Below, in pieces: positions 34,801 through 48,125 of a stretch of DNA of 64,000 bases. Position 1 is the first letter of the stretch; each line of letters opens with the position of its first letter. The stretch comes from Octopus sinensis. Taxonomy: Eukaryota. Position numbers and translations under genes: made by a program. Under the pieces are notes generated by a model that searched no databases, was not told where the DNA came from, and was given only the letters and a program-made list of their open reading frames with translations. The stretch spans positions 112,902,001 to 112,966,000 of the forward strand of contig NC_042998.1 of assembly GCF_006345805.1 (NCBI RefSeq). Direction: 5' to 3'.

Positions 34801-36870
34801 ATCTATGCCTACATACACATATACGCTTTTGATCTCATGACGGCTTGTATTATTCTGTATACATGGCGCACACGCAGACACACATGTTATCATATCAATA
34901 AATGTTATCTTAATCATTTTTATGCGGTCGTGTCTCTTTCTATCGGGTATTTATTTGCTTTATTTAATTTCTCTTTATTGTAACGCTTGTGTGATGTAGT
35001 ACAATACAGCCATTCTCGTCACCTCATAGCAGTCCTTACTCTCTCGTAAAACTTCAGTTTCACTGGAGAGATTTGGCATGAACTCTCCCAGAGAAATCTC
35101 ATCACATCTGTTTTGTTTCCAGGCTCCAGCATTTCTCGATAGGTTTCACCTTTTCAAAATTTAGCTTCAATCCCTTGTCAGTGAGAAGATGCCCTATATA
35201 TGCAACCTCCGCCATTCTGAACTTGCATTTCTTGCATTCAGTTTCAGGCCACTTGACTGTGTTCTGTTCAGAACGGCAGGTAGGCTTTCATCATGTTGTT
35301 TGACATCTGTACCCCAAATCAAAATGTTACCAACAACACATTCTCTACCTGATAAACTTTCTAGGATCTGTGACATTGTTCGCTAAAATACCTCCGGCAC
35401 CGACTTCACTCCGAAAGGTAGTCGAGTGAATCGGTATCTACCGAACGGGGTACTGACTGTACACAATTTGGAACTGCTTTCATCAAATTGCATCTGCCAA
35501 AATCCAGACTGCGTCAAGAACGGTGAACAACTTGGCACCTGGCATTCGTGACATAATTTCCTCAACAGTTCTCATGGAATAATGTTCTCTTTTTATGGCA
35601 CGATTGAGATCTTTTAGGTCTATACAGATCCTAATCTTGCTTTATTTCACTACTGTCACCATGCTATTCACCCAGTTTGTGGGTCGAGTCACTTGGACGA
35701 CAACTCCAAGCTTGGTCATTCGATTAAATTCTGCTTGCACCTTGTCCATCAAAGCAGCGGGTACTTTTCTCGGCGAGTGAACCACGGGTGTGATTTTGTC
35801 CACTAATTCTATGTGGTGTTCTCCAGACATGCATCCGAGTCCTTGGAACAGCTCTGGATATTCTCCCAGAATGTCTGTATTCACTTTCTGAATGTTATGA
35901 ACTCGCTGTACGAACTTCAATTTCTCAGGTTTTTCTTCCCAGGATGCTTGATCGTTTTCCTCCACAACCTGGAATAGTAAGTATTTCATTCAAAGTGCCA
36001 CTGACTTCACATGAAACTGAGAGTTCTATCTTTCCAAGCGGGAATCACTTTTCTTCGAAGTATGATACAAGTTTCACTTTTGATCTTGACAGTTCCTTAT
36101 TCTTCAGATTCAAACTGTCGAACATTGATTTGGAAATAATATTGCACTGTGCGCTTGTATCCAGTTTGACTTTCACTGGTTTATTGTTGATTAATAAAGT
36201 CTCATATCAGTGGTCATCTGTCCAATGAATAATTCTTCAAATTCTTCAAATTGTCAACAGTGTGAACATTTTAATGTTTTCTCTCTCTCTAGTGTCTTGT
36301 CTGCCAAGCCTAGATGGTATTCTAATTTTACACAAGCTGTCAAAATGATGTTTACCACTGCATTTGCCACAAACTTTTCCTACAGCTAGACACTTGTCTT
36401 TAGCATGTTTGTAACCACACTCTCTACACTGAAGGTATTCTTTTGTTCTACCTTTAGGTCCATACTTTCTTCTTTGACCCCTACTGGCATTCATGGCATT
36501 GATTTCTTTAGATATGGTTGACTGTTCATCATTAAGAACTTTCAATTGTCTACACTTACTTCTGTAGCTCTACACATCTGCACATTTTTTTCCAAATCAA
36601 GATCATGTTCTCTCAATAACCGCATTCTGAGGTTATCACTAAGAATTTCACAGACGATTCTGTCTTTAATGAGCCCATCCTTCAATGTCCCAAACTCACA
36701 AGTTCTAGATTTATTCTTTAAATCTGTAACATACTCACCAATTGTCTCTCCTAATTTCTGAGATTGTATGAAAAATGCATGTCTCTCGATCGTCAGATTA
36801 TTCTTAGGTTCACAGAATTCCTGAAACTTTTGCTTCACTTTGTCGTAATTCTTGCAATTAGCTTCCTCAC
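31900..36870 (-). mobile_element. Degenerate Ty3/Gypsy LTR retrotransposon (gag-PR-RT-RH-INT) with nested insertions
   Basis: Gag (KNNLTIERHAFF, LIKDRIV), zinc knuckle (CGKCSGKHHF..LC), protease (VKLDTSAQC), RT (TPFGRYRFTRLPFG), RNase H (DASSKGLG..YAQIEK) and integrase (VDYFSKY, SSPTYPQSNGQTER) in Gypsy order. Polypurine tract AAAGAAGGGAGA at 32035-32024 is followed by TG at 32023. Confidence 0.93.
34030..35040 (+). mobile_element. ~1-kb solo-LTR-like insertion in the Gypsy pol
   Basis: Removing it rejoins the host frame (TEVLRE|LL) with a ctct duplication; contains TATAAAA (~34263) and AATAAA (34897). Related copies in opposite orientation at ~37060-37500 and ~42940-43380. Confidence 0.65.
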
Positions 36871-37515
36871 TCGAACTGTGGCCTCTCGCGCCACGTGCAG
36901 TAGAATAGCACGCTCCGTTCAGAAGGCTGAAATAATACATATAATGTGCCAGTGGGGAAAAGAGAGAGACACACAACCGAGTAGGATGCTTAACAGCTTA
37001 ACGTGTCAGCGTGCACGTCATGTATACAGAATAAATAACAGGCCGTCATGAGAACAAAGTGTATGTGTATGTGCATGGATGTATGCGTGTTCTACATATA
37101 AGAACAACAATGAGGAAGAAAATGAGTGTCCATTATGAGAAGTTAGACGAATGTTCATCGACACAAGAATAAGAAATACCATTTCGTAGACAATTGTACA
37201 CGGGTATTGAAATACTATAACAAGAAGTTGTGGCGATAATGCAGAGCCGGTTGCGGTACATGTCGTACGAAGTTGTAGCTGTAATGCTGCTGCCTGGGAT
37301 ACTTGATACAGGAGTTCTCGCAGGTTATATATTTGCTTTTAACCATGATGAAGTAATTCACGAACAGCGCTATGTTAGAACCTGTGCGGTGTTGCAGGAG
37401 CTGTGTACGTAGAGAGATGATTGTAGCGACGAAGACAGAGATTGCCGTAACGCTGTTAGACAGGTGTTGTTGTCTGGTTCGCAGGTTGTATCTTTCCTGT
37501 TAAACACACGCACAC

Positions 37516-37554
<39 letters not shown>

Positions 37555-37666
37555 TTCACATACCTCCCTTTTACTACATACACATACTCACACAGTTGAA
37601 GCGCTCCTTCCTTTCTCATTCATCTATCTTCTTCTTCTTCTTCTCCTTCTTTGCCGCCTCCTTTTT

Positions 37667-37705
<39 letters not shown>

Positions 37706-37992
37706 ATTAAACAATCAAAGACAAGAATTCATATCAAACTAGCTGCTGCTAACTACCTAGAGCTCAAAAGAGTTAAAAAGAGTGACAAAAACAGACAGTA
37801 AAAAAAGAAAATGTCCCTTGCATTTGAAAACTATGGAAATATTTTTTTAAAACATTTCATTTAATTTTTCCACAATTTAATTGTTTTTCATGCTTTACTC
37901 CAAGTTGAAAAAGTTGCAAAGACTGAAACCGGTGCTAAAATGTTCTTCATGATAAAATTATTTTAGCATTTTCTACCTTGTCTTATTTTCCT

Positions 37993-37994
<2 letters not shown>

Positions 37995-38024
<30 letters not shown>

Positions 38025-38190
38025 TGTATGTATGTATGTATGTATGTATGTATGTATGTATGTATGTATGAATGTATGTATGTGTGTGTGTATGTATGTG
38101 TGTGTATGTATGTGTGTGTGTATGTATGTATGTATGTATGTATGTATGTATGTATGTATGTATGTATGTATGTATGCATGTGTGTATGTA
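37995..38190. repeat. (TATG)n microsatellite
   Basis: Direct inspection. Confidence 0.95.
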
Positions 38191-38604
38191 TGCATTAATC
38201 GAACTGTACAATATTATGTATCCGTTCGGCCGACCTTACCATTGGGTTTCGCATTAGGGGTTCAACAGAGTGTTAAGTAACAGTCCGATTATGTAACCTT
38301 GTGCTCCTCAGAGCTAGCTGGGATTTTTACTTATACGGTTTACACACGCGCGTGCGCAAGCGCAAGCGCACACACTTACCTTTTTATCTATTCGTCTTTC
38401 ACTTGTTTCATTCTGTAGACTGCGTCAGACTGCAACCATGCTGGGGCAATATTATCTTTCATCTTTTGTTTCAGTCATTAGATTGTAGCCATGTAATATA
38501 GGGGTTTTAGTTCTTCCAAACAGCTTTGTTATGCAGATATAAAAAAAAAGCCGTGGGGCAGAAGACACAGTGGCCCAAAGACACATACATACACATGCGC
38601 ACGC

Positions 38605-38950
38605 CATCACTCACCTCACTGTCTTCCACTCTTCCTTTTTCTTCCTTCTCATCCTTCTCTCTTCCTCGTTTCTCCTTCCCTCCCTCTCAATCTCTCACTT
38701 CCCTCTTCTTACTCCTTCTTTCTTTCCCCCTTTTCTCTTCTCTTTTTCATCTTCTTTCTCTTTGTTCCACTCTTCTTTCACATTCTTTTCCCTCCTCTTT
38801 CTCTCTCTCTCTCTTTTCCTTTCTCTCTTTCACGCTTTCATTTTTCTTTCCCTCTCTTTCACTTTCTCTTTTCTCTTATTCTATTTCTCTCACTTTCTTT
38901 CCGTATTTTTTTCTTCCTTTCATACATCTTCTCTTCTTTCCCTTCTATCA
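38605..38950 (+). repeat. Polypyrimidine (CT-rich) low-complexity tract
   Basis: About 350 bp of almost entirely C/T on the + strand. Confidence 0.9.
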
Positions 38951-39324
38951 TTTCAGAAAGATAGAAAGAAATCTATCACTGACTTTTTCATAAAAGCAAG
39001 TCACTCTGCTTGTTCCTGTTTCAGCTTGCAAGCATCTGCTACACAACCGCTCTTGACTTTATGGTAATGTCATCAGCCCTACCTTCACTATGTTGATAAC
39101 GAAAAGTCAAGGGTAAACTTTATCAAAAGTAACTATTTAACTCTCTTCAACAGTATATAGTTAGAAGTTCTTCGCACAGGATTTTTTCTTTCGTTTATTA
39201 CAGTCAATTTACAACATCAAGAAAATGTCAGAGACGCTTCAATTATGAAAATGTTTAAAAAAATATTTTTGAAATGTTAAAAAATGATTGATCTTTCTTG
39301 CGAAATGGACATATTATAGACATA

Positions 39325-40366
39325 TCCCCTGTAACAGACACTCGATGAGTGGCGTAATCCTTGGCAGGATCATAGTTGGGCGCCTATGATGCCCAGTGAC
39401 TACTCGTTGGCTTCCAATAGCCGTGGGCAAAACCCTTCCAGTGAACATTAAACTGAAGTTTCATCATCCGATGGTTATCGTCATCTACCAACATTGCGGC
39501 AGAAGTGGATGCAGTGTTGCGTGCCTGACCGATAGCACTCTCTTCTGGGGAGTTTTCGGCCCTCGTAGCAGAAGTGCATGCAGCGTTGCATGCCCGACGT
39601 ATAGCATTATTTTGTGGTGGAAGCATTGCGGAAAGACTAAATGAACATTTGAAACAACATGCCGTTCAAACCGAAAAGATCCAATAAGCATCCTTAAAGT
39701 GAAACAATACATTGGCAGGTAAACAAAGGTATCAACAAATAGAAGAGAGGGAAGAGAACATCACCTTTCAAGTAACTCAGAATAGGTAATGGTAAGCTTG
39801 CCAAAGTTTAATGCAGTTTAAATAAGGAAATTAAGATTGTTTGGTATTGGACATTCATCGTGCACAGTGTTCCGAGTCAATTTAATCAGCGTTGCAGGTA
39901 TAAAAAGACAAAATCCTTTCACCTTTATAAAACAATTAAAAAGTATAGAAGAGCCTACATCCCCCCAAAAAAATATGTCCATTTACGTCCATTTACGCGG
40001 GAGCTCAGGGTAAAATGTTATAGTGCAAGTAATGTGTATGTAAAGTTAGGTGAAAATCGGTTGAGAAATGTGGAAATGTATGCGTTCAGTGTTCCTAGTC
40101 AATTTAATAACCGCCGCAGGTGGCAGTCGAAATAAATAGACAAAATCTTTTCATTTTTTTTTTTTTTAATTTAAAAGTATGGAAGACCCTACATACAAAT
40201 AACTATGCCCATTTACATCCATTTACGCGGAAGCTCTGGTCAAAATGTTATAGTGCATGACCATCCTTGGGACATAAGTGATGTAGAGTTTGGAGAAAAT
40301 CGGTTAAGAATAGTGGAAATGTATGCCTTAGTCATTATACACACACATACTGTGATTTATATATAC
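39325..40366 (-). mobile_element. Helitron-derived fragment adjacent to the next Helitron
   Basis: 39325-39665 is a direct repeat of 40765-41105 (RRACNAACTSATRAENSPEES vs HRARNAACTSATRAEKSPEES); two ~225-bp tandem units at 39860-40330. Confidence 0.7.
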
Positions 40367-40368
40367 TA

Positions 40369-41711
40369 CTAGCAAATGCACCCGTCCTTTCGACGGTTCA
40401 AGTTGCTTTGGTGGTATTTTTTCACTTTGTTTCAGGTGCCACCTGAGCTCAGCGAGCTGTTTAGCGTTTTTGATAGGAAGAATATAGCCTATCCGATGAT
40501 AGGTTTGGCCCCGAATTTTGAACGTTGACATATAGGAGACTTCATGAATGGGTTTGTGACCGAATCATGTCATCTGGAAAGCAGAGTTACAAGCGCGAAT
40601 TTTCTGTATAAATTGCTGCTAATCAGGTTGTTGACCAAGGGGTAAAGAGAGGAAAGGCTGAGGTGCGTTTTGCAAGTCAGGCAAGCAAACCTTTCCGTTT
40701 GAGCAGCATAAGCTACTGGATTCTCCAACCACTTGAAGGCCTTGCAAAACGAACATATTACAGACATAACCCCTGTAACAGTCTCTCAACGAGTGGCATA
40801 ATCCTTGGCAGGATCATAGTTGGGCGCCTTTGATGTCCATCGACTACTCGATGGCTTCCAATAGCTGTAGGCAAGAGCCTTCCAGTGAACATTAAACTGA
40901 AGTCTCATAATCCGATGGTTATCGTCATCTACCAACATTGCGGCAGAAGTGGATGCAGCGTTGCGTGCCTGACGGATAGTACTCTCTTCTGGGGATTTTT
41001 CGGCCCTCGTAGCAGAAGTGCATGCAGCGTTGCGTGCCCGATGTATAGCATTCTTTTGTGGTAGAAGCATTGCGGAAAGACTAAATGAACATTTGAAACA
41101 ACATGACGACAAAAAACTATCCTCATACTCATGCCAAAGTCCAACAAGGACGTACACTGTGTCAACTTGACATCCGCATTCTATCCAAGCACCCGAAGGA
41201 CCCAACACTCAGACAAATACAGGAGTACGTCCTCATAAATGAAACATCCACAGTACTAAATAGGAAATATACGTAGAAAGTAGTCATACCCCAATCCCCA
41301 CAGTTTATATTCACGCAGGTAGAGTTCTTAGTAAGCTGTTATATAGACGTATATATATGTGTATGTGTGTATGTGTGTGTATACGCACGTAAATGGATAT
41401 GAAAGTAAACGGATAAACAAATAGATGGGTACATGGGTAACACAGACAAGCACACACACACACACACACACAACTGAAGACTGAAACACACGACCATATA
41501 CACACACACTTCACACAAACACACACACAAGGACACATATGGAGGCACACATACATACATAACAGACGCACATACATAGTCACACAAAACCATACACATA
41601 AACACTCAAACATGAATATGCAGAATACATGTATACATGCAGACGTACACACGCATACATATACATACGCATACACACATACACTTTCATACATACATAC
41701 ACTTTCATACA

Positions 41712-41742
<31 letters not shown>

Positions 41743-42070
41743 GTATATACACATGTACACTAACGCACACACATGGGCACGAACAAAAAGAACGCAGGTC
41801 TGATAACGGACAGAGTGAACGACTATTGAAAAGATTGCAAGACAATGTGTTGCATATAAAAAGCTTAGATTCTCGACCTCATGTCGAATTTATCGATTTT
41901 TTTCAGAACTGGGGGAACTTTTCAAAATTTTCGCTGCGTTAGTTTTGAATTATGACATTAGGCTATGTGTGTGTCAAGTTTCATCAGAATCGGTTAAAAG
42001 CCGTGGTCAGGGTGAGGGTACAACCTGACAGACACACAGACAGACAAACTGCCGTTTATATATAGAGAGA
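40369..42070 (-). mobile_element. Deleted Helitron with Rep fragments and intact ends
   Basis: Minus strand 5' A|TCTCTCTATATATAAACGG and 3' CTAG|T with subterminal hairpin ccgtc-cttt-cgacgg; peptides CSFCKAFKW and FKIRGQTYHRIGYILP match Helitron Rep. Confidence 0.85.
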
Positions 42071-42077
42071 TATTCAT

Positions 42078-44428
42078 GGATCTTTTGCTTTTGATCGGCA
42101 GGTCGATAAATTATTATTTTTGTTAACTAAATACTTTCAAACTTCGGATACTGGTAGAATGTGTCATATAGAACAACTTTTATTCAAAAGGAAAAGACCC
42201 CATAAATACATACACTGTGGGGGCGAAGGTAAACAATACGCACACCCGGTGTTTAGGGTTAGGATTACGTTGAAAACGGGTGGTGTGTGTATTCTTTCCC
42301 CTCGCGATTGTGAGTGCGCGCGAGCGTATTCAGCTTTATGTATTTACACAGACATGCAGGAAGTAAATAGACACCTTTAATTTTCAAAATTTCCGTGTTT
42401 TCAGCGGTGTAGAATTTGCAACGTAATTATTCTTTTTCATTCCCGGTGTCATTATATTAAACATTTGCGAAGAGCAACCATGCCACGGCACAAAAAATTC
42501 AGCAGAACTGTTAGATTGGGCAATCTGAGGCTGGTCTTAGCCAGCGAAAAATTACCGAAAATCTTCAAATTCCTCTTGCTACTGTTAATAGAATTATAGT
42601 GCAATTCAAAAGCCAAGGAAAAGAATCAACAAATTCTTGTCCCGGCTGACCTGGACCCTTGGAAATGAGGCTTCACTGTTTGAAGAGAATTGTGGAAGAC
42701 GAACCCCGTTCAAAGGCTTCTGACATTGCAAAACAGGTAGAAGTTAATCCAAGAACATGTGTTACATATCTGCATAAGCTTCGGTGTTATGGACGAACAG
42801 CTAGAAGAAAACCTCTCCTTCAACCAATTAATATCATGAAAAGAAAGAAATTGGCTAAGGAGATGTCAAAAAAATCCAGTTCATTTTCTCAGATGAATCC
42901 AGATTTGCATTATTTTCAGACAGTGGACGTGTAGGTAATACGACCGTACGTAAGGAGTTGGTGACAAATGCCTCCTTTAAAACGTTTTTCAGCATATTGA
43001 GTTAAGATGGAATTTCTTTACCAGTTCGTAAGTGAGGTACACGATAACAAATTCTATAACAAGATGTTGTGGACACGAGACAGAGGCCGGTTGGGCACAT
43101 GTGCAGCGGTTGGGGTTTCAATGCTGTGTCGAGTCTCTTGATACAGAAAGTTCTTTCAGGTAGACTGTAGCTATTTTACCTCGGTGAAATATTCACAAAC
43201 AGCGTGGAGTTTTAAAACCTGGTCGATGTTGATGTGTACATATTTGAAGTTGACGGTAGTAATGGCGACAGTGGTGTAGACGTCCTACGCTGCTGGTGTA
43301 GATTGGCGTCGTCATAGCTGAAGCAGAAGCATGGCTGGCTGGCTGGTTGGTTGTCTGTCGCTGGAACTGGAACACGGCTGAGGGATCTTTTCCTTTTGAA
43401 CGGCAGACAATTTCTAGTTAACTAAACACTTTAAAACTTCGTATACTGGTAGAATGTGTCAAAATAAAACATTTTTTTCTCTTGGCTTTATTGAGAAAAT
43501 TGTAATTTGTTTGTTTAACGTAGTTTAATTTTTCGAATTTTAACCAATCCTATGCTCTCTTTTGAGCTAAAATCATTTGCTGCGTCTAAAACCGAGACAA
43601 CATCCTGTCACTAACCCTCAACCTAACCCTAACCCTAATTTTTTTTCTTAATTGTTGACTACTTCCGATGTATTCACACGATAACATAACGAAAACAGTT
43701 TTTATTCATGGAAGATTGGACTCCATGCTACACAGCGAAAAGGAATCAACAATGGCTGACTGAAAATGGGATCAGAAAGCTTCCTTGGCCGAGCCAATCT
43801 CCTGACATGAACCCAATTGAAAATCTTTGGAGCATACTAAATAGAGTTATACGAAAAACTTGACAGAAACCTAAATCTAAAGATGAATTGTTTCGATTTT
43901 TGCGTGAAAAGTGAGCAGAAATTCCACAAGAGACAATCGCAAAGCTCATCAGTTCAATACCAAAAAGCTGCAGCACGGGATTTTGTCAGTGAACTGGTCG
44001 CGATCTCAAAGCGACGAAACTATTTTGGCAAATTAAATTTAAATGTTAGAGTGATTCTAACGGATTTTGTGTGTATGCTTATAAACACCTAACCCTAACC
44101 CTAACCCTAAAATCCTAAAGCTAAAACCTGTATAAACGCACGAACGATGTCATAAATAACAGTGACAAATGAAATATACACCGCCGATAGTTGTTGTTGA
44201 TAAACAACAGCAGTAATTTAATTCAGCTGAATATACGTCATTGATTAGTTGAAATTACCGAAATACGACAATTTTAACACGAAATAACTTCGTAAAGAGA
44301 AACTTTTCTCAACAACGCTAAGAGTAAAAGATGTTCTATATGACATATTCTACCAGTATCCGAAGTTTGAAAGTGTTTAGTTAAAAAAAAAATAATTTAT
44401 CGACCTGCCGAGCCACAGGAAAAGATCC
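42078..44428. mobile_element. Composite long-TIR element (same family as 30715-31699) carrying nested Tc1, LTR-like and sister-element fragments
   Basis: Matching ends ggatctttt...cggcaggtcgataaattat and ataatttatcgacctgccg...aaaagatcc; flanks tattcatg / tatttatg; internal CCCTAA runs and an extra left end at 43383. Confidence 0.7.
42480..43970 (+). mobile_element. Tc1 transposase remnant split by insertions
   Basis: GRTARRKPLL and FSDESRF (42480-42935); WPSQSPDMNPIENLW (43785-43830). Confidence 0.88.
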
Positions 44429-44612
44429 TATTTATGCATGTACGTGTATATGAAAGATAATGGGTATACGTTTGTGTGTGTGGGGGGGGGGTATGCGAGC
44501 GTATTCAGCTTTATGTATCTGTAGTTACCCACTCACGTACACGCATTAACTTTCATATACACATACATAAATATATACATCGTGCAATTGAATGTTTCCG
44601 GTGTACGAGAGT

Positions 44613-44649
<37 letters not shown>

Positions 44650-44962
44650 CGTGTGTGTGTGTGTGCGCGCGCGCGCGCGTGAGACCTGTTTTTTTTAAAG
44701 CCTGTTATCTATTCTATCGGTCTGTTTAGCCGAACTGCTAAGTTACAGTGACATAAACGCGCCAACACTGGTTATCAAGATTTAAATTTAATTGAAATTC
44801 GAATTTAAATGAAACGTACGTAGTCGTTTTACTTATATATTGTTTATTCATTTTTGTACTTTTTGTGATCTAATTATGTGTTAAAATATATTTATTTTTT
44901 ATTTATGATTTGGTTTATGTCTATCATTGTTTGAATTGCGTAATAGTAGTTTTTCTCTAGTT

Positions 44963-44996
<34 letters not shown>

Positions 44997-45037
44997 CATA
45001 CATACATACATACACACATACATGCACACACACATAC

Positions 45038-45074
<37 letters not shown>

Positions 45075-45160
45075 CAACAACTGAGGGTAAAATTAATTAA
45101 TTATTAATCAATTTCACCAAGTATTCAGTATGTAAAGGGACCATTTAAGGCGAATTCAAA

Positions 45161-45500
45161 ATATTACATTTATAAAAGGGCTTAGTAAAATAAATTACTT
45201 TGCCACATACTGAACTCATGAAATAGCAGCCAAAAAAAAATTTTAGCCAATTCTAATACTTAAAGAAAATTTCTCTCAGATAGTGCTTACTCAAAATAGC
45301 CACGAAGGTATGGGGGTAAAAACATTAAAAAATCACAAGTGCAAAGGTTATTTGAGAACGTACGTTTCTAGATCAGTAAGCACTATCTGAGAGAATTTCT
45401 TTTAAGTATTAGAATTTGGCTAAAAAATTTTTTTTGGCTGCTATTTCTAATGAGTTCAGTATGCGGCAAAGTTAATTTATTTTACTAAGCCCTTTATAAA

Positions 45501-45509
<9 letters not shown>
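45161..45509. repeat. Inverted repeat with ~130-bp arms and 83-bp spacer, in (TA)n context
   Basis: ttataaaagggcttagtaaaataaatta...ctcagatagtgcttact (to 45291) vs agtaagcactatctgag...tttactaagccctttataa (from 45375). Confidence 0.9.
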
Positions 45510-45574
<65 letters not shown>

Positions 45575-45580
45575 AGATAT

Positions 45581-45629
<49 letters not shown>

Positions 45630-46120
45630 TAATTTAATAAATAAAACATATGCATACATACGTATATGTACATACCTACATCTATATGTATATATACATG
45701 TATTTATGAGTACAGGACACCACAAATAAACGTAGAACACAACGAGAAACGAAAACATAAAATCAAACAAGGAAACGGACTTTTTTTAACAACGAAAAAA
45801 CAGAGTACAAGACAAACAATACAAAGAACATTCCCCTTCATCAGCTGCCCCTGTTTCGACTCAATGCGTGTTTCGAAGGTAAGGGCAGAACACGGCCAGA
45901 CCGAAACAATCCTTCCCGCAAAATGAATTGAATAAAAATTTTTTGCGTAGGGGTAAAAAAAGTGACAAGAACAGGACGTAAAAGGAATACAAATGAAGAA
46001 AAAAAAACAGTACAAATAAAGATAAAAACAGTAAAAGACAGGACAAGGAAACCAACAATAAGGGCTATTTTTTAAGGCCTAGACGGTGTGGAAAAATTCG
46101 TTAGAATATATACATATATA

Positions 46121-46164
<44 letters not shown>

Positions 46165-46321
46165 CACACATATATATTATATATATAAATATACATACAT
46201 ATATATATATATATATATACATATATATATACATATACGTATATATATATATAATATATATTATATATATATACACACATATATATATATTATATATATA
46301 TACATATACATACATATATAT

Positions 46322-46379
<58 letters not shown>

Positions 46380-46476
46380 ATAATATATTATATATATATA
46401 GGCCACTTGGTTTTGAATAGATATACTATTAAATTAGTATCTAATTCTCTCACCCTTATTAATTAATTATATATAT

Positions 46477-46516
<40 letters not shown>

Positions 46517-47109
46517 ACACACACACACCACACACATATATATATATATATATATATAATATTCTTCTTCCCTTTTTCCTGAGCGCCTAATAATAATACT
46601 TTAATTGTTCCACGTTGTTGTTTGTTTTTTCTGTTTTCCCGTTTGGATTAACCTTATATATATATATATAATTTGACAAGATATTACAGACTTCTTTAGT
46701 TTCTGTCTACCAAAAATTCATTCATAAGGCTTTGATCGGCCTGTGACTATAGCAGAAGACTCTTGTCCAAGTTGACATGCAGTGGGACTGAACCAGGAAC
46801 CATGTGGTTGTGAAGCAAGCTCCTTGCTCCACATTCACATCTTAGATGTGCTGAGTTTTTTGTTAAATGTCGCCAACGAAAAATTTTAAAACTCTGTAAT
46901 AGTTCCGAAGACATTTTAATTTTTGCTAGCAACGTTTCCTCGATGTTAATAGATCATAGCCTTGACAAAAACAAATTCGCTATAAATAGATTAGGGGAAA
47001 TACGCGATCGTTGGTGTGTATGCTTGTGTTTGTGTATTCGTAATTAGATATTCCTATGCATGTCTATGTGTGTATAACCACACACAAACTCACATATATA
47101 TATATACTT

Positions 47110-47141
<32 letters not shown>

Positions 47142-48125
47142 GCTTCCAGTGAACATAATTACGCATAACAATATATCTAACTAACCGGATTTCTGTTATA
47201 TACATATACATTTTCAGAACTTTTTTATTTGTATTTTATTTATTTATCTATTTATCTTATACATTCAAAGAAAGATTTAATGCTTTCGAACCGGAACTCT
47301 GCAATGTTTTTAAAGGAAAATATTTGTTCGGAGGTCTGGAACAGGTCGCCTATTCCGTTTCGAAAGGGGATCTTTCATTTTCCTTCTTCACCATACAGTT
47401 AGCTTTTCATGGAAACATTTTTGAAAATATATGATTTTTTAAACCCCTTCACCTCGCCGTATGTATCCATTTATGTACATTATGCATGAACACATACACT
47501 ATTTATTTTTCAGATTTTTTTATTAGCATTAAGTAATTAAAAACAATAAGAGACTCTTATTTTTTTTTTAAATTCTAAAATCTATAATTTTGGAAGTGAC
47601 TTCCGCTGCAGCCTCAGCAATCACTATTATCCATCTGTTCAGTTTAGTTTAGGCAAAGGCCTTGCAATGCGCTCTTTAAAGCTCTTATGCTTCTTGTCGG
47701 CTACCACATGTTAATTCCACCTCTCAGGACGCGTGCGTGTGAGCGTACATGAATGTGTGTATGTGTATATGTCTCACACACACTTAATACAAGTGTCAAA
47801 GGGAGATAACTGCATTTCTTCTATAACACTTGGGACATCAACCTAGTGTCGCGCAGTCCACTTGCTGAATTGCGTTGTGATATCATCCAGTGAAGAACAA
47901 TTTACTTCGATAAAAGAAAGATAAAACCCAAAGAAAAATAATGACCAATATCTTTTACCAGCTCTAATTTTTGTGAATGTCATACTAATCTATCGCAGTT
48001 TAGTATTTTTCATAGGTTTATGTTTAAAACCACAACAAAAACTATTTTGTATTTGAAATTTCTAAATACATTTGAATTAATATATAACTTTTTTTAAATT
48101 ATTATTAATTTATTAATCTTTAATA

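Noticed and set aside
38526-39067. 155-165-aa S/F/L-rich membrane-like ORFs
   Set aside because: Artefact of a polypyrimidine tract.
39384-41208. Duplicated host gene (two similar A/S/T-rich ORFs)
   Set aside because: They are contiguous with Helitron Rep motifs and Helitron termini.
45825-45925. Hammerhead ribozyme (CTGATGA and GAAAC on the minus strand; CTGAAGA in the copy near 20500)
   Set aside because: CTGANGA is followed by a possible stem but not by GAAA, and the GAAAC motifs lie upstream without a foldable stem III or cleavage site. An Infernal scan would be needed to rescue it.
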